DNA of 64,000 nt from Oculina patagonica (Eukaryota): the NCBI RefSeq assembly GCF_052425735.1, contig NC_135758.1:13268001-13332000 (forward strand), read 5' to 3'. Shown here piece by piece: positions 24,600 through 38,500 of the stretch. The position numbers and the translations under genes were made by a program. Under the pieces are notes generated by a model. It was given only the letters and a program-made list of their open reading frames with translations, ran no database searches and was not told the DNA's origin. Position 1 is the first letter of the stretch; each line of letters begins with the position of its first letter.

Positions 24600-26960
24600 A
24601 AGAAATACAATGCTAGAGAAAAATGTCATCCGCAAAATTTTTCTTGTTTTGCTTAGGAGGGCCACAGGTTTGTCATTTTCATCTACCCATTTAACTGTCA
24701 TGTCTCATGTCACCCGCATTAAATAAAGCTTATCACTTGACTTTGTCTATGTTTTGATAATAAATACGGCTTTGTCTGGTTGCACGTGATGTGTCAGGTC
24801 AATAAGGTCGTTGAAATTTTGCCAAAACGTGTTAGACCTTCAGGCTTCATCACGAACACCAAACACTTTATAATCAATATATCCACTTATAAATGTTGTC
24901 TGAGACAAAATAACGACATCTCACTTTCTCTTGCTCAATTATACTTCCCCACAGTAAAAACTAATCACGACCTATAACAATGACAAAAATATCTCTATCT
25001 GATAATTTTGATTTTTGATTATTATGTCAGGCATCATCTGTTACTAAACGTGCAGTGGTGGACTGTCTCGTGTTTTGACGTGCACGTGCAACAAGCTGCA
25101 CGCACATTAAAACACGTGAACACCCAAACTCTTTCCCATGGCCTAAAGTCCTTTTTGCCCCTTAATAGAAAGGACCCTGGGAGCGAAGGACACCGCGGCA
25201 AAACGCACTGCGCAGAGTGGAAAATTAACATCCGGTCAGTTTTGTATTTCCGGTTGACTAGTAATCCAGTCGCGTAAATACAAAATTCCCGTCGCGCGAA
25301 TTTAAACACAAAACTTAAGAAATAGCAAAGAAACTTAAGGAAAATAATGTCTAATTCAAAAGTTTTTTTTTTTGTAGCTTCAACTTTTGCACCATAGGGT
25401 TTCCTGCTTGCACCAGCAGAAAATGATGCTGAATTTACAGGTCGCAAGCGCCGACAGTCGACAGCGGCAATTCGTTGACTGTGTCTATCACTTTGCCCGC
25501 TTTAATTCTCGCAATTAGGGGCGACAAATGAGAAAGAAAACAACATAAAACCAAAATAAAGAACCACTGAACTTTCAAGTTTAGGCTTTCGATAATTCTT
25601 GCCTTCACTGAGAAAAAAGTCAAAAACAAGAAAGAAAACAAATTGCTCATGTTGCTTGTTCAACATGAATGAATTGAGTCTTCGATACTCCCGGACTACC
25701 TGGAGTTTTTGTGGATTGAAAGCTGTTAGCCGAGAAGCTAAACAAGTTTAAATTGTGTTTCCATTCAAGACAAAGGCAATTTGATTTTCTTAATCCTCCT
25801 CACAAGGTCAAATATTCGTCTATTTGGCGGATGTTTTCCACATTTCCAGTCCGTGTGGCTACCTCACGCGCGAACGAAACTTGCAGATTCGCACAGGCGT
25901 TCATTACCAAACTTTCAACTATCGTACCGGTTATCTCTCCTCAATCTAAAAGGAAAAAGATCAAAGTTAGTTTAAAATTTAAACAAAAAGTACGGACCTA
26001 TACGGGTGTTTTTAAAATTAAAACGAAGGATGTGTGTATTTTTTAGGGAAGTGTTAGGTTAAATAAAGTAGAATAAAAATAAAGTAAAAAATAACAAATG
26101 CAACAATACTGGATAGGAAAGTATGAATTAGTCAAGGTTAATAGATAAGAAATGGAAGTAAAATTCCTTCTGTTTGTTGATAATAAGTTTTTAAGCTCAT
26201 CTGCTGCTCAAATAGATCAAAGCCTTAGCGATTAGCGAATCACGATACTTTTAAATTATCGAGTATTTTTCGTATATTTAGTTTGTATCATGAAGAGATT
26301 AAAAACGATTAAAAAGCAAAATAAGTGGGCACGAGAGCCGAAAGAGATATATTTTGCGAGAGTAGATTTATTTTAAAGTATTTACGTGTGGTATGATAGT
26401 TGGGGGTGTGTGGAACATTTAGTGATAGAAAAATGTGCGTGCCGCAAGATTTGGAGATGTTCACAGAAGAGGTAAGAGTGGAAAGAGGTGTACAGAGGTT
26501 TTTTAAATGTGTATGGAGGGGGTATGTGGACGGAGAGAAGATATAGAAGGAAGAGTGAGATGATTAAAAGGTCGATTTATGAAGGGGCAATGGAGGAGGC
26601 GTAAGAATGTTGGAAGTTTAAGGGTGTGAAAGTATTAGGGATTAGAGGGTGTATTTTTTTTTGGAATGTTAGTTTGTAGTTTTTTTTTTAAGGGTTTAGT
26701 TAGTTAATAGTTGTAAAGAACATAGTAGTGAAAAATTTTCGTGTATAATAAAAGTTTTATTATTATTATTTTATTATTATTAAAGCGTAGCGAGTGAAGC
26801 CCGTTGAGTGACTGGAAAGATGACCGGAAGTGTAAATTCAGCGATGCGTAGACGTTCTGCCGCGGTGTCGGAGGAAGTTGGTTCATTCAATCCCGGGGAT
26901 AATTTCCACCGTTCTCTTTGACAAGCAAGTGTAGGAGGCAATGTTTTTTAATTCGGATTT
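24600..26960 (-). repeat. Inverted copy of segment A, split by a 1.68-kb insertion
   Basis: Matches the reverse complement of 10780-11470 on both sides of 25189-26869. Confidence 0.85.
25189..26869. mobile_element. 1.68-kb non-autonomous TIR element with ~9-bp TSD, ends related to the 2104-7647 element
   Basis: Left end GACACCGCGGCAAAACG; right end CGTTCTGCCGCGGTGTC. Flanks are ggagcgaag (25180-25188) and ggag-gaag (26870-26877). The empty site is visible in segment A at ~10860-10880. Confidence 0.85.
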
Positions 26961-28719
26961 TGGAATTGTTTTTGATACCTGGAATATGTATATTGATTGT
27001 ATGAGGAATTTCCTAAAGAACCCAAAATACAATTTAAAATTTTAGTGTGATTCTATCCAACCAATACTAGCCAAGATAGAATGCGTTTAAGAAGCAGAAC
27101 ACCTCCACTGAAGAGTAAAAGAAAAGCGATACAGGTGCCTATCAGTTATCAACACCAAGAAGAGTAAAGATGACATTTGCAATTGGCAACAGCATTGATG
27201 ATGCAACAAAAAGACAACGGTTATGATCTACGTACACCTTAATGTTTTAGTGCTGTTTGGTAGCACGTTTTCGCAAAATAGCAACAATAATAAGTAAATG
27301 TGGTTGATAAATACCTTTAAAGTTGCCCTTTTTCCTTGTTCATAAATTGTAATGATTTACCATTTAGGGAAAGGGGGAGGACTTTAAAAGAGAGGGGGGA
27401 CTTAAAAAAAGCTTTTATGGTATAAAAAAGAGTAATGTAAAAGGCTCTCTCCTTATGAAATGAGCAGTTTCAAGATTATGTACCATTGGGCCCTATTACG
27501 ACACCATAATTTAACCCCAGCCAATCAAACACGAGAATTGGTAAAGCGGAGAGGATCGAGCAAGTGCAGTGAGATTTCATGCTACGCAATGGAAGCCGAG
27601 GTCCATATGGAGGCAGAGTTGTTTTTTACAATTCTTTAACTCCAGGTAAAGCGTTATTTATTATTATTTAATCTTTTTAACTAGAATTCATGCCAAAGAA
27701 TTTGTTGTCCATTAATTTAGCTGAGTCCGGTTGCTTTATAGCTAGAATTGTATAGAAACCAAAACTTGCGTGCACGCTCCTAGTAATAAACAATGCTTTA
27801 AAGCACGTTTTCACGCAACTAGTTATGTTAAAACTTAAACTTCTACAGGTTCTCTTTGTAAATTGTGCGTATTTCAAATTTGATCCTTCATGTCAATTTA
27901 TTTAGTGCGAAAAGTTAACTTTAATCGAGAGGATTGTGCCTTCATGTACACTTCGAATGTTGCAAATCAAATTCCCTGCATACATCTCCTATTTATGACC
28001 GAAATTACAGCATGAGACTAATGCTCAACTGAAAGAAAAAAAAAAAAAAGAAAAAAGTGGAACCACTGGCGTCTCTTTCCTTGAACTTAAAAATACCTTT
28101 CTGAAACCGTTACTCCCCTTCTCCGTAACTACCTCATATTATTGCCTGGTCAGAAAATAAAGTCATTTTAAATAACGAGAATTACCACAATAGTCACAAT
28201 ATTAATTTTTTTTAGCGACTTGCTAATTCTTTGATTCCATGGACAAAATGCTGTAAGGAAAACAAATGGCGTAAAAGAAAAGACAGCGAGTAGTTAACTT
28301 TGAAGAAGAAACTGTGAAATGCTTCTCTCCGAACATGTGCTAACGGTTACTTGAGTAGTCCTAATTTGTAACAATAAAATTCAATTTTTCGAGAATTTTA
28401 TCACTATTCAGTTGTACACAGCAGGGGTATTATTCTATTTTATGATTTCCTTTGGTCGTAAATAAATCCTTATGTGTTCAGATCACTTCTCATAGACCCG
28501 TATTTGTTCTACGACTCGTTGCCGAATGTCCTCTGTTGAACGAAGAACAGAACATAACACACTTGTCTCTCCAGCTGAAGCCGTGGATTTACTAAAGATC
28601 TTGCCGGTCAATGGCATCAAAAATGCTACGATTCTAACTTAAATAAGATAGCGTATAGTCCAACTGCCAAAATGTATTATTATTTTGGGAATAACTGATT
28701 TGTTTGCTTTATAGTACAG

Positions 28720-31700
28720 TAACCCCCAAACTACCAAGCTCGCAGGATAGTTATTTAGCACTTTTAATTTCTTTAAGTCAAGAAATTACATTAGTTTACG
28801 AACAATTGTGGCATAATGATTTAACGGAAGGACCCAGATCTTGCAAAAAGAGTTAAAATAAACCAAGGAACTATGGCCTTACATATCTGGGCTGTTGTCG
28901 CGTGTGTAATTGTACTATACTCATGGAAAAAATGTAACAAAATGTCTCTTATCAGAAACCGAAAGGATCGAGAAGTAACATCCATGCAATCCTAATATCT
29001 ACCGAACTACTTATCTTAAATCATTTCCTGTACAAGTAAAACTTTAGTTTCTCTGCAGTAAAATGTATGGACAAGAAAATGTTTTATTTCAATTTGATTA
29101 AAATGTGAAGATAGGGTAGAACATCCACATTCCTACAATATGGCGTCAATTTCGGCATAATCGGTCATAATCATTCTAATTTCAGTTATTTCTCGTTCAC
29201 CTTACAGATTTTTAGCCAAAGACCAAGATAGCACTTCGCTGGTAATTTGAATAATTTGTGGGAAAAAGTCTGCAGTCCCATCGGGGGTTGACCGTACAAA
29301 GACACTGTCTACGACGAATTCCAGCACATAACATTATCACTTCGAGTTGTGCAAAACAATGAAGACTGACCTAAAGGGTCTTTCTTGTGAAAGAACATCC
29401 CTCATAAAAAAGGCGTAATGCTCCAACCTTTCTTCTTTCACGTGTAATTTCTAAATTGATTGACTCTTTTGGGTCGACAAAAGGAGAAAAAAAAAGGAGA
29501 AAAGACCAATGTTCATGCTATAAAATGGAATGATAAACTCAAATTTGTTCGCCGTAAACATGCAGCTTGGAAGACCTTGTCTTCGCCCTTACTTAGTTTC
29601 TCTCCTTCGAGTTCTTTGATCAAGGAAACGTTTTCCAAGTGAAATTTATACATGAAAACTGTTTGTAACCAAACCATCTTGAACATAGCAAGTTTCTTGT
29701 ACAAAAAGGAGGACAAAAAGCGAAGGGTTCATAATGCAGTCAATTCATCCCGCACCAGATTAGCTTCGGGATGAGCTCGCGCTTAGAAAATTGCAACAAT
29801 TCATCATTTTGTCGCCTATAATCCTCATTTCCTTGTCAATAAGTACTTTAGGGAATCTTTACACAACGGATTTTTTTCCGAGACATTTATTCGCCGAGTG
29901 AACGAGCAGTGAATCCCGGCCATTCATAACAGCCTTCTATTACTAGCTTGTTCATGTAGGAATAGTTATTTCAGTCGTTTCATTTTTTTTTTGAAGTCAA
30001 GAAATTCAACGACCCGCACTTTGAAGAAAAGGTATAACAACCGAGGGAACAATGGCTTCACATTTCTGCACTGTTGTCGCGTGTGGAATTTGTGCCTGTT
30101 GTCGTATGTAACTGAACTTCTCGTCTGTCCGTGAAAAAGAGATTCGAGTCAAGCTTCACACCTAAAATACCGTTCATCTTAATCCATTTTCAACGACAAT
30201 TCTTAGCTTACTCTTCTCATCAGTAAAATGCATGGACAAGAAAACGTTTCAAAACGTTTTAAGGGTAAAATATCCACATTCCTTCAACATGGTGTCAATT
30301 TGGGCATAATCGGCCATAATTGCTCTGATTTCAGTTATTTCGCGTTCACAGAACAGATTGTTAGCGAAAGACTAAGACAGCACATCACTGGTTATTTGAC
30401 TCTTTTGTGGAAAAATATCTGCAATTCCATTATATTTAACACCTTACAAAGACAACATATACGACGCATTTACAACTTACAACATCATGACTCCGAGTTG
30501 CGGAAAACAATGAAGACTGACCTAAAAGGTCTTCCCCGTGCAACAACACCCGCCAGCAGATCGGAATTTTCAGGTGTCCATTTACGTTAATTTAGTGAAA
30601 ATTATGTTATCTACACCAAAAGTGAAAGTGTTTTACTGCAAGAACGAAAGTTGAATGCCTCACTAGACCGACAGGACTGATGCTCGATTATCTGCACGAA
30701 GAAAGAGAGGGCGATGTCATGCATCTCCGCGATGACTGTGTGTAACACTGATAAGCAGTTTACAAAAGAAACAAAACAAATCCGAAGAGAATTTTAAAAA
30801 GGAAGAGTTCTCAAAATATCACCAAGACTTTATAATTTACTCGAAATTTTGAGAGTTGATAACGAACTGTTTCGTGCTTGGTGCGACGTAAATCGTACGC
30901 TCCTGTCCGACTGCTCATACTACTACAATGATGTGCTCTAGGATCTTGCGAGAGATCTAAACTCGTTTCTTTCATGTGTACTTTCTAAATTTCTTGATTC
31001 TCTTGTGCCCAGACAAAGAGAAATAACCCATTGTTTGTGCTATAAGAACGGGTTGACAAACTCAAATTTGTTCAGCGTGAATTGCTTTAATAATCTCGTC
31101 TTCGCCCTTACTTCGCGTCTCTCCTTCGCCAGAGTATTTGGATCAAGGAAACGTTTACGAAGTGATTGTTAACGAGAAAACTGTTTGTGAGCTGAAACAT
31201 CGATCTTGGCCAAAGACAGTTTCTTTTAAAAAATAAGGACAAAAGGTTCATAACGGAGTCAAATTCTCTAAGATGGAGCTCGCGTAAAGAGAACAAAAAC
31301 AATTCACCATTTCGTCGTCTGTTATCCACATTGAGTTGTCAGTAAATACTACAGAGAATCCTTACACAACATAACTTATTTTCTTTCAAGGGATTCATTT
31401 GCTGAGTGAAGTTATAGTTAATAATGGCCATTCATAATAGCCATTCATGACTAGCCTCATTTTTTCGCAGGGATAGTTATTTCAGTCATTTCATTGTTTC
31501 GAAGTCAAGAAATTCAAATCTTCTGTCACGAGAAATGATAGTATATTAATTCAGTGGCTGTGCGAGAGACCCGCATCTTTGCAGAAAAGGCATTACAACC
31601 GAGGGAACTATGGCTTTACATTTCTGCACTGTTGTCGCGTATGGAATTTGTGCCATGTTATCGTATGTAACCGAACTTTTCGTCTGCTGTATTAAAGATA

Positions 31701-34700
31701 TTGGAGTCAAGCTTTGAAACACCTACAATACCGTTCATCTTAATCCATTTTCATTGACAAGTTTTAGCTTACTCTTCTCTTCAGTAAAATGCATGGACAA
31801 GAAAACGTTTTATTTGCAATTAGAAAGGGTAAAATATCTGCATTCCTTCAGTATGGCGCCATGTTGGGCATAATCGGCCATAATCGCTCTGATTTCAGTT
31901 ATTCCGCGTTCACTGAAGAGATTGTTAGCGAAAACCTAAGGTAGCACATCGCTAGTTATTTGACTCTTAAGTGGAAAAATATCTGAGATTCCATTAAATA
32001 TAACACCTTTCAAAAGACATAAACGACGCATTTACAACATATAACATCATGACTCCGAGTTGCAGAAAACAATAAAGACTGACCAAAAAGGTCTTCCCCG
32101 TACAACGACACCCGCCAGCAAATCGAAATTTTCAGGTGTCCATTTACGTTAATTTAGTGAAAATTATGTTATCTACACCAAAAGTGAAAGTGTTTTACTG
32201 CAAGAACGAAAGTTGAATGCCTCACTAGACCGACAGGACTGATGCTCGATTATCTGCACGAAGAAAGAGAGGGCGATGTCATGCATCTCCGCGATGACTG
32301 TGTGTAACACTGATAAGCAGTTTCCAAAAGAAACAAAGAGAATTTTAAAAAGGAAGAGTTCTCAAAATATCACCAAGACCTTATAATTTGCTCGAAATTA
32401 TGAGAGTTGATAACGAACTGTTTCGCGCTAAGGGCGACGTAAAGCGTACGCTCCTGTCCGACTCCTCATACTACCACAATGATGCCTCTAGGATCTCGCG
32501 AGAGCTCTAAACTCATCCTGGCCAAATGAAGTTTTTTCTAAATAATAAGACAAAAGGTTCATAACGGATTTAAATCCACTAAGATGGAGCGCGCGTTAGG
32601 AGAATAAAAACAATTCACCATTTCGTCGTCTGTTATCCACATTGAGCTGTCAGTCAGTAAATACTATAGGGAATCCGTACACAACTGAACTTATTTTCTT
32701 TCAAGAGATTCATTCGCCCGAAAGAACTTACAGGAAATAACTGCCATAAATAATAGCTATTCATGACTAGCTTTTTCGCAGGGATAGTTATTTTAGTTGT
32801 TTCAATTTCTTTGATGTCAAGAAATTCAAATCTTCGGTCACGAGCAATGATAGTATATTAATTCAGTGGCCATGCGAAAGACCCGCATCTTGTAGAAAGA
32901 GATATGACAATCGAAGGGACTATGGCTTCACATTTCTCTACTGTTGTTGCGTATGGAATTTGTGCTTTATTATGGTGTGTGACCGAACTCCTCGTATCAT
33001 TAAATTAAACCAGAATCGAGTCGAGCTTCACACCTACAAAATTGTTTATGTTGAACCATTTCCTTGGACAAGTTTTATTCCATTAAATTTAACAGCTTTC
33101 AAATACATCATATATATACGACGCATTTACAACATACAACATCATGACTCCGAGTTGCGGAAAACAATGAAGACTGACCTAAAAGGTCTTCCTCGTGCAA
33201 CAATACCCGCCAGCAAATCGGAATTTTCTGGTGTCCATTTGCGTTATTCAGTGCAAATAATGCTCTCTTACAAAAGTTAAAGTGTTTTACTGCAAGAACG
33301 AAAGTTGAATGCCTCACTAGACCGACAGGACTGATGCTCAATTATCTGCACGAAGAAAGAGAGGGCGATGTCATGCATCTCCGCGATGACTGTGTGTAAT
33401 ACTGAAAAGCAAATTTCAAAAAGAAACAAAACAAATCCGAAGGAAGATTAGTTAAGAGACTGAGAGAGAATTTTTAGAAAGGAAAAATTCTTAAAATATC
33501 ACCAAGACCTTGTAATTTCCTTGAATTTGTGAGAGTTGATTATAACGAACTGCTTCGCGCTATGTGCGACGTGAAACGTACCAAAATGATGTGCTCTGGG
33601 GTCTCGCGAGAGCTACAAATTTGTTTATTTCATGTTTAATTTCTTAATTCCTTGACTCTCCTGAGCCCAGACAAACAGAAATAGCCCATTGTTAATGCTA
33701 TAAGAACGGGTTGTTAAACTCAAAATTATTCGGCGTACACGGCTTGAAGAATCTCGTCTTCGCCCTTGTTTCGTTTCTCTCTTTCGAGCTCTTTGAGCAA
33801 GGAAACGTTAACGAAGTGAATTGTTAACAGGAAAACTGTTTGGAATAAAAACATCTTGGCCAAAGGACGTTTCCTAATTCTAAAAAATAAGCCAAACGGT
33901 TCATACGGCAGAGTCAAATCCACTGAGATGGAGCTCGCTTTTAAAGAATAAAAACAATTTACCATTTCGTCGTCTGTAATTCACATTGAGTTGTCAGTAA
34001 ATACTATAGGGAATCCTTACACAACAGAACTTATTTTCTTTTAAGAATTTCATTCGCCGAAAGAACTAACAGTAAATAACGGCCATTAATAATAGCTATT
34101 CATCACAAACTATTTCACAGGGATAGTTATTGCAGTTGTTTCATGTTTTGAAGTCAAGAAACTCAGATATTTGGTCACGAGCATTGATAGTATATTTATT
34201 CAGTGCCCATGCGAAAGACCCGCATCTTTGTACAAAGCGGATAAAACGACAGAATGAACCATGGCTTCACATTTCTGTTGTTGTGTATGAAATTTTTATT
34301 ATATTATAGTATGTACCAGAACTCATCCAGTCGGTAAACAAATGAGTCGAGTTGAACGTCACACCCACAATACCGTTCATCTTAAACCATTACCATTGGC
34401 AATTTTTAACTTCCTTTTCGTTCAGTAAAACGCATGGACAAGAAAATGTTTTAGTTGCAATTTTTGGTTCACACGAGAAGATAGGGTAAAACATCCACAT
34501 TCCTACAATATGGCGTCAATTTGCAGATATACGGTCACAATCGCTATACTTTTAGTTACTTCTTCTTTCCCCGTGAAGAATATAAACAAAAGACCAAGGT
34601 GTCATTTCCCTGGTTATTTGACTCGTTTGTGGAAAAATGGCTGCAATTCCGTCAAATTTAAAACCATAAAAAGGCATCGTATGCGACGCATTTACAACAT

Positions 34701-35500
34701 ATAACATCATAACTCCGAGTCGCGCAAAACAATGAAGACTGACCTAAAAGGTCTTCCTCGTGCAACTACATCCGTCAGCAAAATGGAATTTGAAAGTGTT
34801 CTTTTACGTTAATTCAGTAATAATCATCCTCTCTAGCAAGAGTACTTTCCAGCTAGAACTGAATGAAAGTTGAATGTTTTACTAGACCGACAGGACTGCC
34901 CGTTCAATTATAATAAAGCATTATACAATAAGCGAAATAATTTCTGTGATGAATGAATGTAAGACTGGTTAGCAACTTCCAAAAGAAACAAAAGAGAGAA
35001 ATCAGGAGTGTCCGGAGTGATTAAGCAAGTGGGAGAGAATTTTGAAAAAGTTGAATTCTTATCGTGAGAGTTGATAACGAAAGGCTTCGCGCCATGAGCA
35101 ACGCAAAGCATCCGCTCGAGTCACTCCTCGCACTTCAATGATGTGTTCTGAAATTTCGCGAAAACTCCAACCTCGTTTCTTTCATTCGTAATTTCTAAAT
35201 TGCTTGACTCAAGTAGAAATGACACACTGTTCGTGCCATAAGAACGTGTTGATAAACTCAAATTTCAGTTCAGCCTACGAAACAACTTGAAGAATCTCGT
35301 CCTCGCCCTTACTTCGTTTCTTTCCTTCGAGTTCTTCGACCAAGCTAGGAAACGTATACCAAGTGAATTGTTAACAAAATAAAAACATCTCTTCCATAGA
35401 AACTTTCTTGTCCAACAACTCAGATAAAAGCAAAAGGTTCATAATAAAGACACTATTTACCAGATTTACATGAGTGCCTGCGGCGACAGAGTGAAATGAA
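28720..35500 (-). repeat. Tandem array of ~1.3-1.5 kb units, right arm
   Basis: Marker (a)gggaatccttacacaac at ~29850, ~31355, ~32668 and ~34008, plus a more diverged partial unit at 28720-29130. Confidence 0.9.
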
Positions 35501-38500
35501 GAATAATAACAAAGAGGAAAGCTTCTGGTTAATAGTGAAATAGCAGACAAAAGATACTTAAATAATTGCTTTAATACTCAGAAGAAAGTAATATGAAAAC
35601 ATGAACATCAGCCATTTTGAAACAAATCTAGCTAGACATTTTGAAATTAAGTTTCCTTTGTTGTTGTTTTAAAAAAGATTGCAGTATAATTAAAGACGAG
35701 TTCGCGGATCTTCACAAAGACAACCATTCTACGAAATAAATACGCCAAATATCTCATTGGCTCGAAAAAGTTCAAATGAGAAATACTCTCACGAAATCGT
35801 TCTTCTCCATTGATGTAAAATTAAAGTATGTTTATCTTTTTTCCGTCGTGGACCAGCTTTTATAGGCAATCTAACTGAACTTAGTTTGCTCCGAGCTCAA
35901 AACGTTCTGAGTAATTCATGGATTTTTTCTTGGGTGAGCTGTCCACTTGTTCCCAATGAGATAAAATTGTATGGCCCTTGTTTGTTCATCCTCGCGCTTC
36001 AAAATTACCTATTCTCTCGAGAAGGCTTCTCGCAATTTAGCAGTGTGTTGTCGTGCGATAAACAGAAATTTCGTTGACTTATGAGCACAAACAAGTGCCA
36101 CCCGGACGACAGCTACAGCCATTGTAAACATTCTCATTTTTGTTTGCATGTTGATTTGGTTTCTCTGCGAAACATTCTATCTCGGTGGAATCTGTAACTC
36201 AGTAGACATCCCGGCCTGGAGGCCTCATTTTGCAATTCCTCAGGAGTCACGCTTTATGGGTGTTCGCTGGCTCGAGTATAAAACTCATATAATTTCCAAA
36301 GCACCAATGGACTTTAACCTCTCATCGTTTCAGTTACGTTGAACAAAGGAGGACGCAATAAAAAGATTCAGCCTCAAAGAAACCTGTCATTGTGAAAACT
36401 CGTTTCAGCACATAAAGCAAAAACATGCTCGATAGCTTTCGCAACACACTATCAATTACACGACTTTTAAAACGCACAGAGTGTTTAAAACACTGCAAAA
36501 TTAACTTGACAAGGCCTGTGGTCAGCCGTTGAGTATGGCACCATTTGTTTAGCTTTGACAAATTGCAGACCTATCTATTATTTTATCTTTGGAATCCCTT
36601 GTAGCTTACCATATCAATATCACTTTAGCTATGTTATTCCAAAGTCTTCTTGGTTCTTTAGCTGTTGCAATAAAAAATATCACGGTGAATACCTATTGTT
36701 TTTTTGACCCACAGTTGACCTCGATGTAAAATACACTTTATAAAGTTGCCAAGAAAGAGAGTATAATATGATAGCAGTTGCTGATTTCGACTTGATTTTG
36801 TGTTAAACTAACCTGAAATCCTACACAAATCTGTTAAATCTGGGCATTCAATATACGTTCTCTTACTCGCTTGAAACTATCTCTACTGAGTCGATAATTC
36901 CTCTTCAGATGTGAAGGCAAAATTTAGCAGTTCTCATTACGTATTCAAGTTAGCTGAAACGTGATCCTTTTATTCCATATTAACATCTTCGAGAAGCAAA
37001 AACTTAAGCGAACCACAACGCCTCAGTTGTACGCTTTCATAATTTTAACTTTTAAGAATTCATCCCTTTTGTCAACAAAAATGCTATGAACACCGATGAA
37101 AACATTCGTGGTATTTACTGACAAGATTGGACGTGCAGCTCTTCATCTGTCTTTTAAACAAATTCCTCAGTTACTGCCCCTAAACTACTCATACGAACAA
37201 CAAAAAGTTTAGCTCTGTGCACGCTTAGCTCTTTGAACTGAGATGACAATATCGATTCCATTAAGACTGTCATTCATCTTAAGTTAATCCACTTACTACA
37301 TGCAGGCATTTCTTTTTCGTTTACGAAAAATGCTTTTGTATGACAGGATTCCGTACTTCGGGAAATCTCACGTCTCATCATCCATAGCAACTAAAGGTTA
37401 TTTCAGGAAAACATCGGTTCGAGAATCAATTCGCATCTTAAAAAATAATTTCAACGACAACAAGACGTGTTTGCTGTAAATATCAAGTCGTTTCATTCTG
37501 GATTACTAGATTTAGTATCTAGGGTATTATTTTCATCATATGCAAATGTTGTCATTCAGTTGTTCATTGTCCGATTACATGCTTTTTTCCATGTAAAATA
37601 TTTCTTCTGTATTGCTGATTTAACTGCAATTTATTGAAACCTTACTGTACAAATGTTCCAGCAAACCCGCTCCGAACATGAAGAACCGAACTAATAGGCA
37701 TTCAAAGGTTATATGGCCTCTTGAAAATCTCTGTTGCTCATCATTGGCGGTCATCCATGCTTCAGTCTTGTCCTGCTAAAAATGTTAAACTATATAAGCC
37801 GTTTTTCCTCCTCTCCCTTCGATCGTTCGTTTCTCTTCGAAGAAGGATAGAATTGCTCTATATTCCATTGACCGCCTTGGACTCCATGGAGCTACATACT
37901 CACTGATATCGAACAAAAGATATGCTTTGAGGCGAAGTTTTAGACCGAAGCGCATGAATGTTGCAAACTTTTCTGTGTTCCGCGGAGCGCCAGCGCAAAT
38001 TGTCGGGGCACTGCGAAAAGACTGTCAAGAATCCTTGGGCCCAGCACAAGCTTCTGAGCACTGCAATAACATGTGCAAAAGTTCCTTCATTAATCTATGA
38101 AAGCCGGCGCCAGTCGTTTAATTTTCAGGAATAAAGTTGATGCGAAATATACCGATCTTAACACTTGCCAAACCAAGACAATCTCAACGACACGCACACA
38201 AAACTCGTTTAGACGTCCTTCCAGGTATTTATTTCTATTTTAAACACCTCTAAGTTGGCCACAAAAGAAAACCTAAAACAATTTGTGTTCCTGATATAAG
38301 GCAAGCAAATAATAACTGATTAGTAATGAGTTGGTCCAAATTAAAATCTTCTGTTCCATTTTACACGATTTTGTTGTCGGTGGGCAGTGTCCAAGCGTGG
38401 CAGTTGTGTATTTCTGTGTTTCTTGTACAGTCGAACCTGTCCATAAATAGTCAAGCGTTTCTAATCTCAGCTTGCCAGGCGTCGTTGTAATTAGCAAAAG

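Noticed and set aside
17326-35111. Many 60-120 aa ORFs in the arrays as separate genes
   Set aside because: They are fragments of the same repeat unit in differing frames and strands, with frames not preserved between units.
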